64,000 nucleotides of DNA from an uncultured Gemmatimonadales bacterium (GCA_963812085.1 CAWETL010000009.1:525955-589954), one strand, 5' to 3'. Shown: positions 7,694-21,216, counted from the stretch's first letter. Numbers and translations are program-made. The notes: generated by a model not told the origin, from the letters alone.

Positions 7694-9388
7694 TCAGTGG
7701 TGGTGCGGCGCCGGCGGGCCCCGCCACTCCTCATCCGGCATCACGTTCCGCGTGCCGTCCCGGAACTCGGCCAGGGCCGCCTCGATGGCGGCCCGCTTGT
7801 TGTCGGGGGCCACGAGATCCGACAGCAGGATGTCCGAGATGATGTCGTGCAGGCTGTGCAGGTTGTCGAAGATCGCCGCGGCGCGCGGGTGGCGGGCGGT
7901 AAAGGTCGGCGCCACCATCGGCGTCATCGGCATCGCATCGGGAAAATCGCTCGGGATCATGGAACGGAACCGCGCGACCGCCGAGTCCACGCCCCGGTGA
8001 CGCGCTTCCGGTGATTCCTCCACGATGAGCGGCTCGTACAAGCCGACCTGCAGCCAGTGGTAGGCCCAGATCAGGCCATTGAGCCTCGGATACGCCCGCT
8101 CGAACGTGCCGCTGTACGGCTGGTCCATCATCAGCGACATCGCCTTGGGCACCGCGGCGAACGCCAGGTCCCGCCGCGACAGGTAATAGTCGGTCAGCCG
8201 CTCCACTAGCGAGTCCCGTCCCGCTGCGCTCCTCCGCCCATCGACCAGCGCGTCGTACACCTGGCGGTGGAAGAGATGCGCCCAGTCGAAGGCGAGCGCC
8301 GCGGGCCAGTAGCGCTCGGCGTAGTCCGGGAAGATCGTCTCCTCCGAAATGGGCAGCCGCGGCGGATGGACCAGCAGGTCCTGCGTGATGTACCGGAACT
8401 GGCGCACCTCGAGCCAGGCGGGATCGCCGTGCGGGTCGGTCGTGAGCCGTTCGTAGAGCACCGCGTGGCCGTAGTCGAACGCGTTGAAGAGTCGCGCCGC
8501 CTCCGGATACTGCGCCAGGAAGCCCCAGTTGAAGCTTCCCGGGTAGTAGAACTGCTCCGCGCGGCTCCGCACGACCGCGGGTCCTGACGGCGGGCCGACC
8601 GGAACCAGCCGACGGATGCCGAACGTGCTCGAGAGTCCGAGGGTGAGCCGCAGGTCGGGACCGGTGGGGCTCAGGCGCCGACCCGCGCCGGCCTCGACGA
8701 CGAGCGTCGGGGTCCACTGCCAGCGCACGCCGGCGCTCACGGTCGTGGCGGTGGGCTCCCCCGCCCCGGGCGCCGAGGCGCTCAGCGCGCTCACCAGCAG
8801 GAGGCTCGGCCTGAAGAACGTGTAGTCGAACGCCGCGCCAGCCTGCCAGCGCGGAAGCTCCTCGTCCGCGCCCTCGCCGGCGGCGGCGCCTGCGTTGAGA
8901 TGGAGGCGGGCGGCGCCGAAGCTCCGGGTGGCCAGCGCGGTGACGCCGCCGCGCACGGCGGCGCCGGACGGGGCAAAGACATCGCCACGGATGGCGAACG
9001 CAGGCGTGGAGGGCCCCTCGCGCACCGGATTGTAAAGGCCGAAGAGGCCGATGCCCCCCAGGCCGGTCTCGCCACCCGGACCCAGGCCGAACGGAAGCCG
9101 GAGGCCGATGTCTCCATTCAGAAACGCGCCGTAGCTGAGGTCGAGATCCAGCTGATTTCGCCCCTCCGCGCCAGCGGGCTGGGCGTAGTCCCACGGCGCC
9201 AGGAACTCGAAGGCGTGACGCGCCACGGGAAAGGCGTCCTCCACCGGCACCGGATGCAGCATGTCGAGGTCCCGGAACTGCACCTGCGCCGCCGCGGGCA
9301 CCACCGCCAGGAACCCGAGCAGCCCGACGGAAGCGGCCGGCATGCGAAGGAGGGCGGCAGCGCGGCGGCGCGCGGAGGACGTGGGCAT
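7694..9388 (-). CDS. Exported two-domain hypothetical protein: beta-barrel-like N-terminal half plus helical C-terminal half with repeated His motifs
   Basis: Signal peptide ...LGFLAVVPAAAQ. Residues about 35-255 show alternating hydrophobic beta-strand patterns and Gly-rich turns. Residues about 270-564 carry AFDYGHAVLYE, AFDWAHLFHRQVYD, IWAYHWLQVGLYE and IFDNLHSLHDIISD. I recognised no family. Confidence 0.6.
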   Translation of the reverse strand: MPTSSARRRAAALLRMPAASVGLLGFLAVVPAAAQVQFRDLDMLHPVPVEDAFPVARHAFEFLAPWDYAQPAGAEGRNQLDLDLSYGAFLNGDIGLRLPFGLGPGGETGLGGIGLFGLYNPVREGPSTPAFAIRGDVFAPSGAAVRGGVTALATRSFGAARLHLNAGAAAGEGADEELPRWQAGAAFDYTFFRPSLLLVSALSASAPGAGEPTATTVSAGVRWQWTPTLVVEAGAGRRLSPTGPDLRLTLGLSSTFGIRRLVPVGPPSGPAVVRSRAEQFYYPGSFNWGFLAQYPEAARLFNAFDYGHAVLYERLTTDPHGDPAWLEVRQFRYITQDLLVHPPRLPISEETIFPDYAERYWPAALAFDWAHLFHRQVYDALVDGRRSAAGRDSLVERLTDYYLSRRDLAFAAVPKAMSLMMDQPYSGTFERAYPRLNGLIWAYHWLQVGLYEPLIVEESPEARHRGVDSAVARFRSMIPSDFPDAMPMTPMVAPTFTARHPRAAAIFDNLHSLHDIISDILLSDLVAPDNKRAAIEAALAEFRDGTRNVMPDEEWRGPPAPHHH

Positions 9389-9495
9389 GCCGTGGAGGGT
9401 AGCGGGATCCGATGATCGGGAGCAAGGCGCCGCAGTTACGCTCCGGGCGTCGAGCCGCTATTCTGAAAGAGACCTCAAGCCCGACAGGAGCCTCC

Positions 9496-9765
9496 ATGAA
9501 GCGCAGCACCATCGTCACCCTTCTCGCCGCCGTGGCCTTCGGCGCGCTCCTGCTCTATTCCACGCTGAGCAGCCAGCGGGTGGAATGCACGGTCACGATC
9601 GACTTCAACGGCCGCAGCAACACCGCCACCGCGTCCGGCGCCAATGAAGCCGAGGCGACCAAGCAGGCCCAGACCACCGCCTGCGGTCCGGTCGCGAGCG
9701 GCATGAACGAGTCGATCGCCTGCGGCAACATCGTGCCGGCCAAGAAAGTCTGCCGGACCCTTTGA
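9496..9765 (+). CDS. Small membrane-anchored or secreted Cys-containing protein
   Basis: AGGAG at 9486-9490 precedes the ATG at 9496. The product is MKRSTIVTLLAAVAFGALLLY... with 4 Cys in the mature part. The stop sits immediately before the yfcC-like start. Confidence 0.5.
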   Translation: MKRSTIVTLLAAVAFGALLLYSTLSSQRVECTVTIDFNGRSNTATASGANEAEATKQAQTTACGPVASGMNESIACGNIVPAKKVCRTL

Positions 9766-9767
9766 GG

Positions 9768-11117
9768 ATGCCGCGCCTCCGCTTCCCGCACCCCCTCGTC
9801 CTGCTCACGGGGTTCGTGCTGGCGGCGGCGGCGCTGACGCACCTCGTGCCGGCCGGCGAGTATCAACGGCGCGAGGACCCCGCCACCGGTCGACAGGTGG
9901 TGGTCCCCGGCACCTACCACGAGATCCCGTCGGCGCCCGTCTCCCTGGCGGACGCCCTGGTCGACATCCCCAAGGGGATGGCCGACGCCGCCTCCGTCAT
10001 CTTCCTGGTGTTCCTGGTCGGCGCCTCGTGGACCGTCGTCGAGCGCACCGGCGTGTTCGGCACCCTGCTGGACGGGATGGTCGAACGGCTCCGCGGCCAC
10101 GACGAGTTGGTCATACCCGTATCCTGCATCGCCTTCGCCCTTGGCGGCGTGCTCATCCAGATGCAGGAAGAGCTGATCGCCTTCGCCCCGATCCTCGTCC
10201 TCCTCGTGACCCGGCTCGGCTTTGACCGGGTGACCGCCGCCGCCATGAGCATCGGCGCCGCGCTGGTCGGGGCCGCATTCAGCCCCATCGACCCCTTCAT
10301 GGTCGGCATCGCCCAGAAGGTGGCCGGCATTCCGCTGCTGTCGGGCTCCGCCTTTCGCATCGCCTTCCTGCTTCCCGCGCTCGGGATCTGGATCTGGTGG
10401 ACCATGCGTCACGCGGCGCGCACCCGCACCGCCGGCGTGGCGGTGACCGCCCAGGAAGCCGCCCCCGGCGCGCGGGGCTGGCGCATGTGGTCCATCTGCG
10501 CGCTCGTCGTGCTCAGCTTCACGGTGTTCGTGATCGGCGTGCTCAGGTGGGGGTGGGATTTCGACCAGATGTCCGCCCTCTTCTTCGCGATGGGCGTGAT
10601 CGCCGGCTTGCTCGGCGGCCTCCAGCTCGAGGGCACCGCCGAGGCGTACGTCGATGGGTTCAAGTCGCTCGCCTACGCGGCCCTGCTGATCGGGTTCGCC
10701 CGCGCCATTTTCGTGGTGATGAACCAGGGCCATATCGTGGACACGATCGTGCGGGGGCTGTTCCTGCCGCTGGAGAACCTGCCCGTCGCGCTCACGGCCG
10801 TCGCGATGATGGGGGCGCACGCCCTGCTGCACATCCCGGTGCCGAGCACCAGCGGCCAGGCGGTGCTCACCATGCCGCTCCTCGTGCCGCTCTCCGACCT
10901 GCTGGGCCTGTCGCGGCAGGTGACGGTGCTGGCCTACCAGTTCGGCGCGGGGTTGGTCGACCTGATCAACCCCACCAACGGCGCGCTCCTGGCGATGGTG
11001 GCGGCCATCGGCGTCCGGTTCGAGGACTGGGGCCGGTTCGTGCTGCCGGTGCTGGGGATCCTCGCCGCCCTGGCCACGGTGGCGCTTGGGCTGGCCATTA
11101 CGACCGGACTCGCCTAG
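9768..11117 (+). CDS. YfcC/DcuC-superfamily anion or amino-acid transporter
   Basis: Polytopic membrane protein of about 450 aa resembling the YfcC family (N-terminus LTHLVPAGEYQR, multiple TM segments). The ATG at 9768 is preferred over the TTG at 9762. Confidence 0.7.
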   Translation: MPRLRFPHPLVLLTGFVLAAAALTHLVPAGEYQRREDPATGRQVVVPGTYHEIPSAPVSLADALVDIPKGMADAASVIFLVFLVGASWTVVERTGVFGTLLDGMVERLRGHDELVIPVSCIAFALGGVLIQMQEELIAFAPILVLLVTRLGFDRVTAAAMSIGAALVGAAFSPIDPFMVGIAQKVAGIPLLSGSAFRIAFLLPALGIWIWWTMRHAARTRTAGVAVTAQEAAPGARGWRMWSICALVVLSFTVFVIGVLRWGWDFDQMSALFFAMGVIAGLLGGLQLEGTAEAYVDGFKSLAYAALLIGFARAIFVVMNQGHIVDTIVRGLFLPLENLPVALTAVAMMGAHALLHIPVPSTSGQAVLTMPLLVPLSDLLGLSRQVTVLAYQFGAGLVDLINPTNGALLAMVAAIGVRFEDWGRFVLPVLGILAALATVALGLAITTGLA

Positions 11118-11137
11118 GCACAACGACCGGGTCCGGG

Positions 11138-11176
11138 GACGGCCGGGCTTTCGCATCGAAACGCCCGGGCCGTCGA
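11138..11176 (+). terminator. GC hairpin downstream of the transporter gene
   Basis: gacggccgggc ... gcccgggccgtc forms a near-perfect inverted repeat about 20 nt after the stop at 11117. Confidence 0.4.
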
Positions 11177-11366
11177 GGGGCGGCAGGCGAAGCGTCAACG
11201 GCGCGGGCAGTTCTGCTGTAAGCCAAGGAGGCAACGCGAGTTCCCGGCGCGGCTGGGCCGCCCCGACCGGGCCGGTGGTCGTCCCGGCGGCTGATGGCAC
11301 TCAAGTTGCTCAATTCGGCGCCGCGGGAGCGCATTCCCTTCACGCCACACTGGGGACGCCGGACCG

Positions 11367-11795
11367 ATGAGCGAGACGACGATCCGCGAAATGGAGCAGG
11401 ACGAAGAGTTCTCCGCCTGGTTCTCGGACCTGCTGGCCGAGGAGGACGCGGCCGCCGGCACGTCCAGCCATGTCGAGGATCGCTACCTGGTGTTGAGCAG
11501 CGAGATCGGCGACTGGGTGGGTGGCCTGCGTTACACCATGCAGGGTGGCGTGGCGCACCTCGTCGAGCTGGCCGTCGCTCCGGCCGAGCGCGGACAGGGG
11601 CATGCCCACCGGTTGCTCGGGGCGTTCGAGGAACGGGCCGCGGCGCACGGGGCGCACCTCGCCGAGTTCTGGACCGACGACCACCGCTCCGAGACGTTGC
11701 TCACGGCGGCGGGATGGCGGCGGGTGGTCGTCCGCCCCGGGTACATCGGCGGCCGGACCTGGTCGCTCATGGAAAAGGCGTTCTTCGCGGAGTGA
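11367..11795 (+). CDS. GNAT-family N-acetyltransferase
   Basis: About 142 aa. Acetyl-CoA binding motif in LAVAPAERGQGHAHRLL (R/Q-x-x-G-x-G/A). Confidence 0.75.
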   Translation: MSETTIREMEQDEEFSAWFSDLLAEEDAAAGTSSHVEDRYLVLSSEIGDWVGGLRYTMQGGVAHLVELAVAPAERGQGHAHRLLGAFEERAAAHGAHLAEFWTDDHRSETLLTAAGWRRVVVRPGYIGGRTWSLMEKAFFAE

Positions 11796-11833
11796 GCGGA
11801 CCGGCTGCGGGCCGGGGCTCTCCGCGTTAGCTT

Positions 11834-12874
11834 ATGGAGTCGGGGCGGCCGGTCCGCCCCGGCTCCTTCTCGTTTCGGGCCGGTCACCCCGAGGGCACCA
11901 TGGGCATGCTCGATTCGGCGCACACCCTGATGGCCAAGTTCGAGGTGCTGCGCGATTTCGAAGGCAAGGTGCGCGAGCTGATGGCGGCGCACGAGGAAAA
12001 GCGGCCGCTCTGGTTCCCCAACGACCTCATCGGGCCCGGGCCCGACGAGTCCCTCGCGGAGCACCGGGCCCGCGCCCGAAAGCGCGCCGCGGGGATCCCG
12101 GTGCCCGCCCGGGCCGCAGTGGCGCTCAACCTCCTCACCGAAGAAGGACTGCCGCACTTCCACCGGGTCTTCGCGGCCCATGTGGGCGAGGACAGCCACT
12201 GGCGCGACTGGCTGAACCTCTGGACCGCCGAGGAAGACCGGCACGGACAGGTCTTGCACGACTATGCCCGCGACACGGAGTTGCTCGACCAGCGCCGGCT
12301 CGAGGAGATGCAGTTCGAGTACCTGCGCGCGGGATTCAACCCGGCGTGGGACCAGGACCCCTATCGCGTCTTCGTCTACACCTCCGTGCAGGAACGGGCC
12401 ACCCAGCGTTCCCACTCCGAAACGGGCAGGCTGGTGGCGGAATACGACCCGATGCTCGGGGCCGTGCTCGAAAAGGTGGCCCAGGAGGAGGCGCGGCACT
12501 TCACCTTTTATCGTTCGGTCTTCAGCGAGGTGCTCGCACGCGACCCCAACGGCGGCCTCGAGTCCGCTTCGCACATCCTGCCTGGCATCGACATGCCGGG
12601 ACTCACCATTCCCGGCTTTCGCGACTTCGCCGAGGTCATCCGGCGCTCCGGCATTTACGGCCCCTGGGACTACCTCAAGATCGTCCGGGAGCAGATCGCC
12701 TACTGGAAGGTCGAGAAGCTCGAGGACCTGAACGAAATGGGGCGCAAGGCACAGGAGCGGATCCTGGCCGTGCCCGACCGCCTGCGGCGGATCGCCGAAC
12801 TGATCGAAACCCGGAGCCGGGCCAAGACCTTCTCCTTCGAGGTGGTGTTCAATCGTGAATTCGCGATGGAATAA
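11834..12874 (+). CDS. Soluble acyl-ACP desaturase (di-iron, DesA-like)
   Basis: Di-iron ligand motifs WTAEEDRHG and AQEEARHFTFY are present, and the overall length is typical. The start is uncertain (11834 or the ATG near 11900). Confidence 0.85.
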   Translation: MESGRPVRPGSFSFRAGHPEGTMGMLDSAHTLMAKFEVLRDFEGKVRELMAAHEEKRPLWFPNDLIGPGPDESLAEHRARARKRAAGIPVPARAAVALNLLTEEGLPHFHRVFAAHVGEDSHWRDWLNLWTAEEDRHGQVLHDYARDTELLDQRRLEEMQFEYLRAGFNPAWDQDPYRVFVYTSVQERATQRSHSETGRLVAEYDPMLGAVLEKVAQEEARHFTFYRSVFSEVLARDPNGGLESASHILPGIDMPGLTIPGFRDFAEVIRRSGIYGPWDYLKIVREQIAYWKVEKLEDLNEMGRKAQERILAVPDRLRRIAELIETRSRAKTFSFEVVFNREFAME

Positions 12875-13325
12875 CCTGGCGATGGCGGTGGTTTGTCTCG
12901 TGGGTGCGGTCGCCTGTGGCCGCGACCGGGGAGGCAAGCCTGCGCCGCCTGCGGCACGCCCGGCCCCGCCCTCGGGCGAGGTCGCCGAACAGGAAGCCAC
13001 GCTCCTTGGCCGGGAGGTCTTCGACCTCGTCGACCGGCTGGCCGCCTACGCCGCCGCCAACCAGCGGAAGTACCCGGCGTCGCTCCGCGCAGGCGGGATC
13101 GACAGTCTCACCCCGAAGGTCGCCCGCAGCATCGACACCCGCGCCGTGCCCCCGATGGGCATCGCGATGTTCCGGAATCCGCTCGGCCACCTCATCACCA
13201 GCTGTCGCGGCACCACGGACATCCTCGAGGAGTCGGCGCTCCACGACGGCCATTTCACCGTGACCTGCACCGACTCGCTCGGGCGGGGCTCCCCCTACCG
13301 CGTCCAGCGGGCATCCGGCCGGTGA
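12855..13325 (+). CDS. Hypothetical lipoprotein
   Basis: Signal peptide with lipobox VGAVAC. GTG start at 12855 overlaps the desaturase end; the alternative ATG is at 12882. Confidence 0.5.
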   Translation: MNSRWNNLAMAVVCLVGAVACGRDRGGKPAPPAARPAPPSGEVAEQEATLLGREVFDLVDRLAAYAAANQRKYPASLRAGGIDSLTPKVARSIDTRAVPPMGIAMFRNPLGHLITSCRGTTDILEESALHDGHFTVTCTDSLGRGSPYRVQRASGR

Positions 13326-13332
13326 CCACGCC

Positions 13333-13905
13333 ATGAACGCGATCGCTCTCGCCGCGCGCGGCGTGAGCATGGTGGCGCTGTTCGTGGCCCTGGCCGTCGC
13401 CGTCACCTTCTACCTGGTGCGGAGCCGGCGCATCGGGCCGTTTGGCTGGTGGGCCCGCACGGTGCGCCGCGCGGCCGACCCGCTGCTCCGGCCCATCGAG
13501 GCGCGCCTCGCGCGCGCCGGACGCAACCCGCAGGACGCGCCGGCCTGGCTCCTTGGCTTCGCGGTGGCCGGCGGTCTCCTCCTCATTTCGCTCGTGGACT
13601 GGCTGCTCGGCTTTGCGTCCGAGGCCCGGATGGCGGCGTCGAGCGGCGGGGCCGGGGTCGCCGTGTTCCTCATCAACGGTGTGTACACTGTCCTGCTCGC
13701 GGCGCTGATCATCCGGGTGGTGGCGTCGTGGTTCGGCATCGGCGCCTACGACCGCCGCTTTCGCCCGGTCATCCTCCTCACCGAATGGCTGCTCGCGCCG
13801 ATCCGGCGGTTGGTGCCGCCGGTCGGCATGGTGGACTTGAGCCCGATGGTGGCCTGGATCATCCTCGTGGTGCTCCACATGGTCCTCCTCGGCCTGGTCC
13901 GGTGA
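13333..13905 (+). CDS. YggT-family membrane protein
   Basis: Four TM segments. It has the YggT-like repeats RPIEARLARAG..., IIRVVASWF and LLAPIRRLVPPVGMVDLSPMVA. Confidence 0.75.
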   Translation: MNAIALAARGVSMVALFVALAVAVTFYLVRSRRIGPFGWWARTVRRAADPLLRPIEARLARAGRNPQDAPAWLLGFAVAGGLLLISLVDWLLGFASEARMAASSGGAGVAVFLINGVYTVLLAALIIRVVASWFGIGAYDRRFRPVILLTEWLLAPIRRLVPPVGMVDLSPMVAWIILVVLHMVLLGLVR

Positions 13906-14198
13906 GCCCGCTCGAGGCGACTGCGCAAGGCGTCCGCCTCCGGCTCCGGATCCAGCCCCGCGCCTCGCGGAGCGAGGTGGCCGGACTCCACGGCGAACTG
14001 CTCCGTATCCGGCTCGCCGCGCCGCCGGTGGACGGGGCCGCGAACGCCGAGCTGGTCCGGTTCCTGGCGGAGTTGCTGGACGTGTCCCAGCGGTCCGTGT
14101 CGATCACCGCCGGCCACGGCGGCCGGCAGAAGACGGTGACGGTGGCGGGCGTCGAACCGGCCGCGGCCGCGCGCGCACTCGGGCTGGCGGGGGCGTAG
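13902..14198 (+). CDS. DUF167 (YggU-like) protein
   Basis: GTG at 13902 overlaps the yggT stop (GTGA). The sequence VRLRLRIQPRASRSEV...RIRLAAPPVDGAANAELVRFLAELL is the characteristic DUF167 core. yggT-yggU synteny is conserved in many bacteria. Confidence 0.75.
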   Translation: MSPLEATAQGVRLRLRIQPRASRSEVAGLHGELLRIRLAAPPVDGAANAELVRFLAELLDVSQRSVSITAGHGGRQKTVTVAGVEPAAAARALGLAGA

Positions 14199-14353
14199 GG
14201 CGGACCCTTGCCATCAGGGCCCCGCCGGGTGCACACTTGTAGCTGACAATTCGCTTCGTGGTGATTTGCGCACATTGCGGCCACGTTAAACAATCCGCTA
14301 AAACGCCCGCCCGGAGCCGTTTTGGCCCCGGGCGCTGTCGTTGGAGCCACTCG

Positions 14354-18060
<3,707 letters not shown>

Positions 18061-18064
<4 letters not shown>

Positions 18065-19917
18065 CGCGCGCGGGAGGAACCGGCATGCCTGACCTGCGCG
18101 CGCTCCTGGCCGACGGCCACGTGCACGTCACCGACGGCGCGATGGGGACGATGTTGTACAGCAAGGGTCTCTTCCTCAACGTCTGCTACGACGAGCTCAA
18201 TCTCAGCCACCCCGACATCATCCGGGACGTGCACCGGGAATACGTGCGGGCAGGCGCCGAGGTGATCGAGACCAACACCTTTGGCGCCAATCCGGTCAAG
18301 CTGGCGCAACACGGCCTGGCCGGGGATACCGAGGCGATCAACGCCGCCGCAGTACGCATCGCACGCGACGCCGCCGGCACCCGGGCCGCCGTCGTGGGCG
18401 CGATCGGCCCCCTCGGCATCCGGATCGAGCCCTTCGGCGAGACGTCGCTCGAGGAGGCGCGGCAGGCGTTCGCGCGGCAGGCGGCCGGCCTCCTGGCCGG
18501 CGGCGTGGACGGATTCCTGCTCGAGACCTTCAGCGACGTCGAGGAACTGCGGACCGCGGTGGACGGCGTCCGGCAGGTCTCAAACCTGCCGATCATCGCC
18601 CAGATGACCGTAGGCGAGGACGGGCGCACCTATTTCGGCACCGCGCCCGCCGACTTCGGGCCGGCCATCGAGGCGATGGGCGTGGACGCCGTCGGGGTGA
18701 ACTGCTCCGTCGGCCCGCACGGCGTGCTGGAGGCCATCGAGCAGCTCGCCAAGGTGGTGACTCTTCCGCTCACCGCCATGCCCAACGCCGGGCTGCCGCG
18801 GGACGTCGGCGGCCGGAAGATGTACATGGCCTCGCCGGAGTACATGGCGAGCTACGCCAAGCGAATCGTCGAGGCGGGCGCGAAGTTCGTCGGCGGCTGC
18901 TGCGGGACCACGCCGGAACACATCAAGGCCATGGTGGGCTTCGTCCAGAGCGCGTCGCCCCGCCACGCCACGTCGATCACCGCGGTGCACGCCGCCGCGC
19001 CGGGGGTGCCTTCGGTGCCGCTCGGCGAGCGGTCCCGCCTGGGGGCCAAGCTGGCCGCCGGGGAGTTCGTCACGACGGTGGAGATCGTGCCGCCCAAGGG
19101 CGTGGACCCCGCGCCGATGTTCGCCCAGGTCCGCGCGCTCAAGGCCGCGGGCGTCGATGCGGTGAACGTGCCCGACGGGCCGCGCGCGCAGAGCCGGATG
19201 GGCGCGCTCCTTTCCGGGCTCATGATCGAGCGGGAAGTGGGGCTCGAGGCGGTGGTCCACTACGCCTGCCGCGACCGCAACCTCCTCGGCATGCTCTCCG
19301 ACCTGCTCGGCGCCGCGGCGGCGGGCCTCCGGAACCTGCTCATCATCACCGGCGACCCGCCGAAGATGGGCCCCTACCCCGACGCGACCGCCGTCTTCGA
19401 CATCGACGCCATCGGCCTCACCAATCTCGTCTCCCGGCTGAACCACGGACTCGACCCGGGCGGCAATCCGATCGGGGCCCCCACGAGGTTCGTCATCGGC
19501 GTCGGCGTAAATCCCGCCGCGCCCGACATCGAGCGCGAGCTCTCGCGCCTGGCGTGGAAGGTGGACGCCGGCGCGGAGTACGCCGTGACGCAGCCGGTCT
19601 TCGACCTCGACCAGCTCGACCGGTTCCTCGACCGCACCGCCCGCCACGAACTGCCGATCGTGGCCGGTATCTGGCCGCTGGTGTCGCTCCGGAACGCCGA
19701 ATTCCTGGCCAACGAGGTGCCGGGCATCTCGGTGCCAGAGGCGGTACTGGAACGGATGCGACGGGCCAGCGCGGCGGGGCGCGAGGAAGGACTTGCCGAG
19801 GGGGTGCGGATCGCGCAGGAGATGCTGGTGGCGGTCCGGGGGCGGGTGCAGGGGGTACAGATCGCCGCGCCGCTTGGCCGGGTCCCGGTGGCGCTGGAGG
19901 TCCTGGCGCCACGTTGA
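18061..19917 (+). CDS. Bifunctional homocysteine S-methyltransferase / 5,10-methylenetetrahydrofolate reductase (YitJ-like)
   Basis: The N-terminal S-methyltransferase domain has [11 protein letters not shown]. The C-terminal MTHFR domain has [12 protein letters not shown] and WPLVS. Its ATG overlaps the metH stop (ATGA). Confidence 0.9.
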
Positions 19918-19983
19918 ACGGGTTGGGATGGGCGGGTATCTTCCCGCTCGACCCGAGTCCCCGCACCGCGGGGGAGGCATCAC

Positions 19984-21147
19984 ATGACCGACCTGACGAC
20001 CGCGCCCCTTCCACTCACGACGCTCAGCGAGGAAGAGGAGATGTTCCGGAGCGCGGTCCGCGACTTTGCCGAAAGCGAAATCCGCCCGCACGTGCACGCG
20101 ATGGACGCCCGCGCCCAGTTCAACGCCGACATCATCCCCAAGTTCTTCGAGCTCGGCCTCATGGGCATCGAGATCCCGGAGCAGTTCGGCGGCGCGGGGG
20201 GCAACATCTTCCTCGCCGTGCTGGCCATCGAGGAGCTGGCCCGGGTGGACGCCTCCGCGGCGATCTACGTGGATGTGCACAACACGCTGGTCAACAACTG
20301 CGTGCTCCGGTGGGGCTCCCCCGACATTCACCAGCGCTACCTGCCGCGGCTCTCGAGCGGCATGCTCGGCGCCTTCGCGCTCTCGGAGCCGGCCAGCGGC
20401 AGCGACGCCTTTGCCCTCGAGACCAAGGCCGAACGGAAGGGCGATCACTGGGAGTTGACGGGCCGGAAGTTCTGGATCACCAACGGCGGCGAGGCGGAGT
20501 TCTTCATCATCTTCGCCAACACCGACTTCTCCAAGGGCTACAAGGGCATCACCGGCTTCCTGGTGGAGCGCGACTTCCCGGGCTTTGCCGTCGGGAAGAA
20601 GGAGGACAAGCTCGGCATCCGCGCCTCCAGCACCACCGAGTTGATTCTCGAGAACTGCAAGGTGCCGGACGAGAACGTCCTCGGCCCGGTGGGCATGGGG
20701 TACAAGATCGCCATCGAGACCCTGAACGAAGGCCGGATCGGCATCGGCGCGCAGATGATCGGCGTGGCCACGGGGGCGCTCGAGGCCGCGATGGCGTACG
20801 TGAAGGAGCGGAAGCAGTTCGGCAAGCCGATCGCCGAGTTCCAGGGCATCCAGTTCCAGCTGGGGCAGATGGGCACCGAGCTCGAGGCGGCCAAGCTCAT
20901 GGTGTACAACGCGGCGCGGATCAAGTGCGCCGGCCAGCCCTTCCTGCGCGAAGCGGCGATGGCCAAGCTCTTCAGCTCCCAGGTGGCCGACCGGATCACC
21001 TCGCAGTGCCTCGAACTCTTCGGCGGCTACGGGTACTCGAAGGAGTATCCGGCGGAAAAGTTCTATCGCGACGCGAAGATCGGCACGATCTACGAGGGCA
21101 CCAGCAACATGCAGCTGCAGACCATCGCGAAGCTGATGCTGAAGTAG
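19984..21147 (+). CDS. Acyl-CoA dehydrogenase (short/branched-chain type)
   Basis: 387 aa. Typical ACAD stretches GAFALSEPASGSD, WITNGG and YEGTSNMQLQTIAK. Confidence 0.92.
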   Translation: MTDLTTAPLPLTTLSEEEEMFRSAVRDFAESEIRPHVHAMDARAQFNADIIPKFFELGLMGIEIPEQFGGAGGNIFLAVLAIEELARVDASAAIYVDVHNTLVNNCVLRWGSPDIHQRYLPRLSSGMLGAFALSEPASGSDAFALETKAERKGDHWELTGRKFWITNGGEAEFFIIFANTDFSKGYKGITGFLVERDFPGFAVGKKEDKLGIRASSTTELILENCKVPDENVLGPVGMGYKIAIETLNEGRIGIGAQMIGVATGALEAAMAYVKERKQFGKPIAEFQGIQFQLGQMGTELEAAKLMVYNAARIKCAGQPFLREAAMAKLFSSQVADRITSQCLELFGGYGYSKEYPAEKFYRDAKIGTIYEGTSNMQLQTIAKLMLK

Positions 21148-21216
21148 GGCCAAAGCCGCTCACTTGGCTTGGTGATTCAAACTGGAACGCATTGTAACGG
21201 ATCCAGTCGCCAAGTC

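Noticed and set aside
9555-11300. 581-aa minus-strand ORF antisense to the YfcC-type transporter
   Set aside because: It is rich in His/Arg/Gly/Asp and has no TM or domain logic. The plus-strand frame gives a coherent polytopic membrane protein.
14258-14353. Track start of metH at 14258, which adds 32 N-terminal residues ([12 protein letters not shown]...)
   Set aside because: The extension is not similar to MetH N-termini and lies in the AT-richer leader. The ATG at 14354 gives [36 protein letters not shown], which matches the usual start of the Hcy-binding domain.
18580-21153. 857-aa minus-strand ORF antisense to the MTHFR-fusion and acyl-CoA dehydrogenase genes
   Set aside because: It spans two unrelated, well-supported plus-strand genes and the intergenic region between them. 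Its composition is typical of a spurious GC-rich frame.
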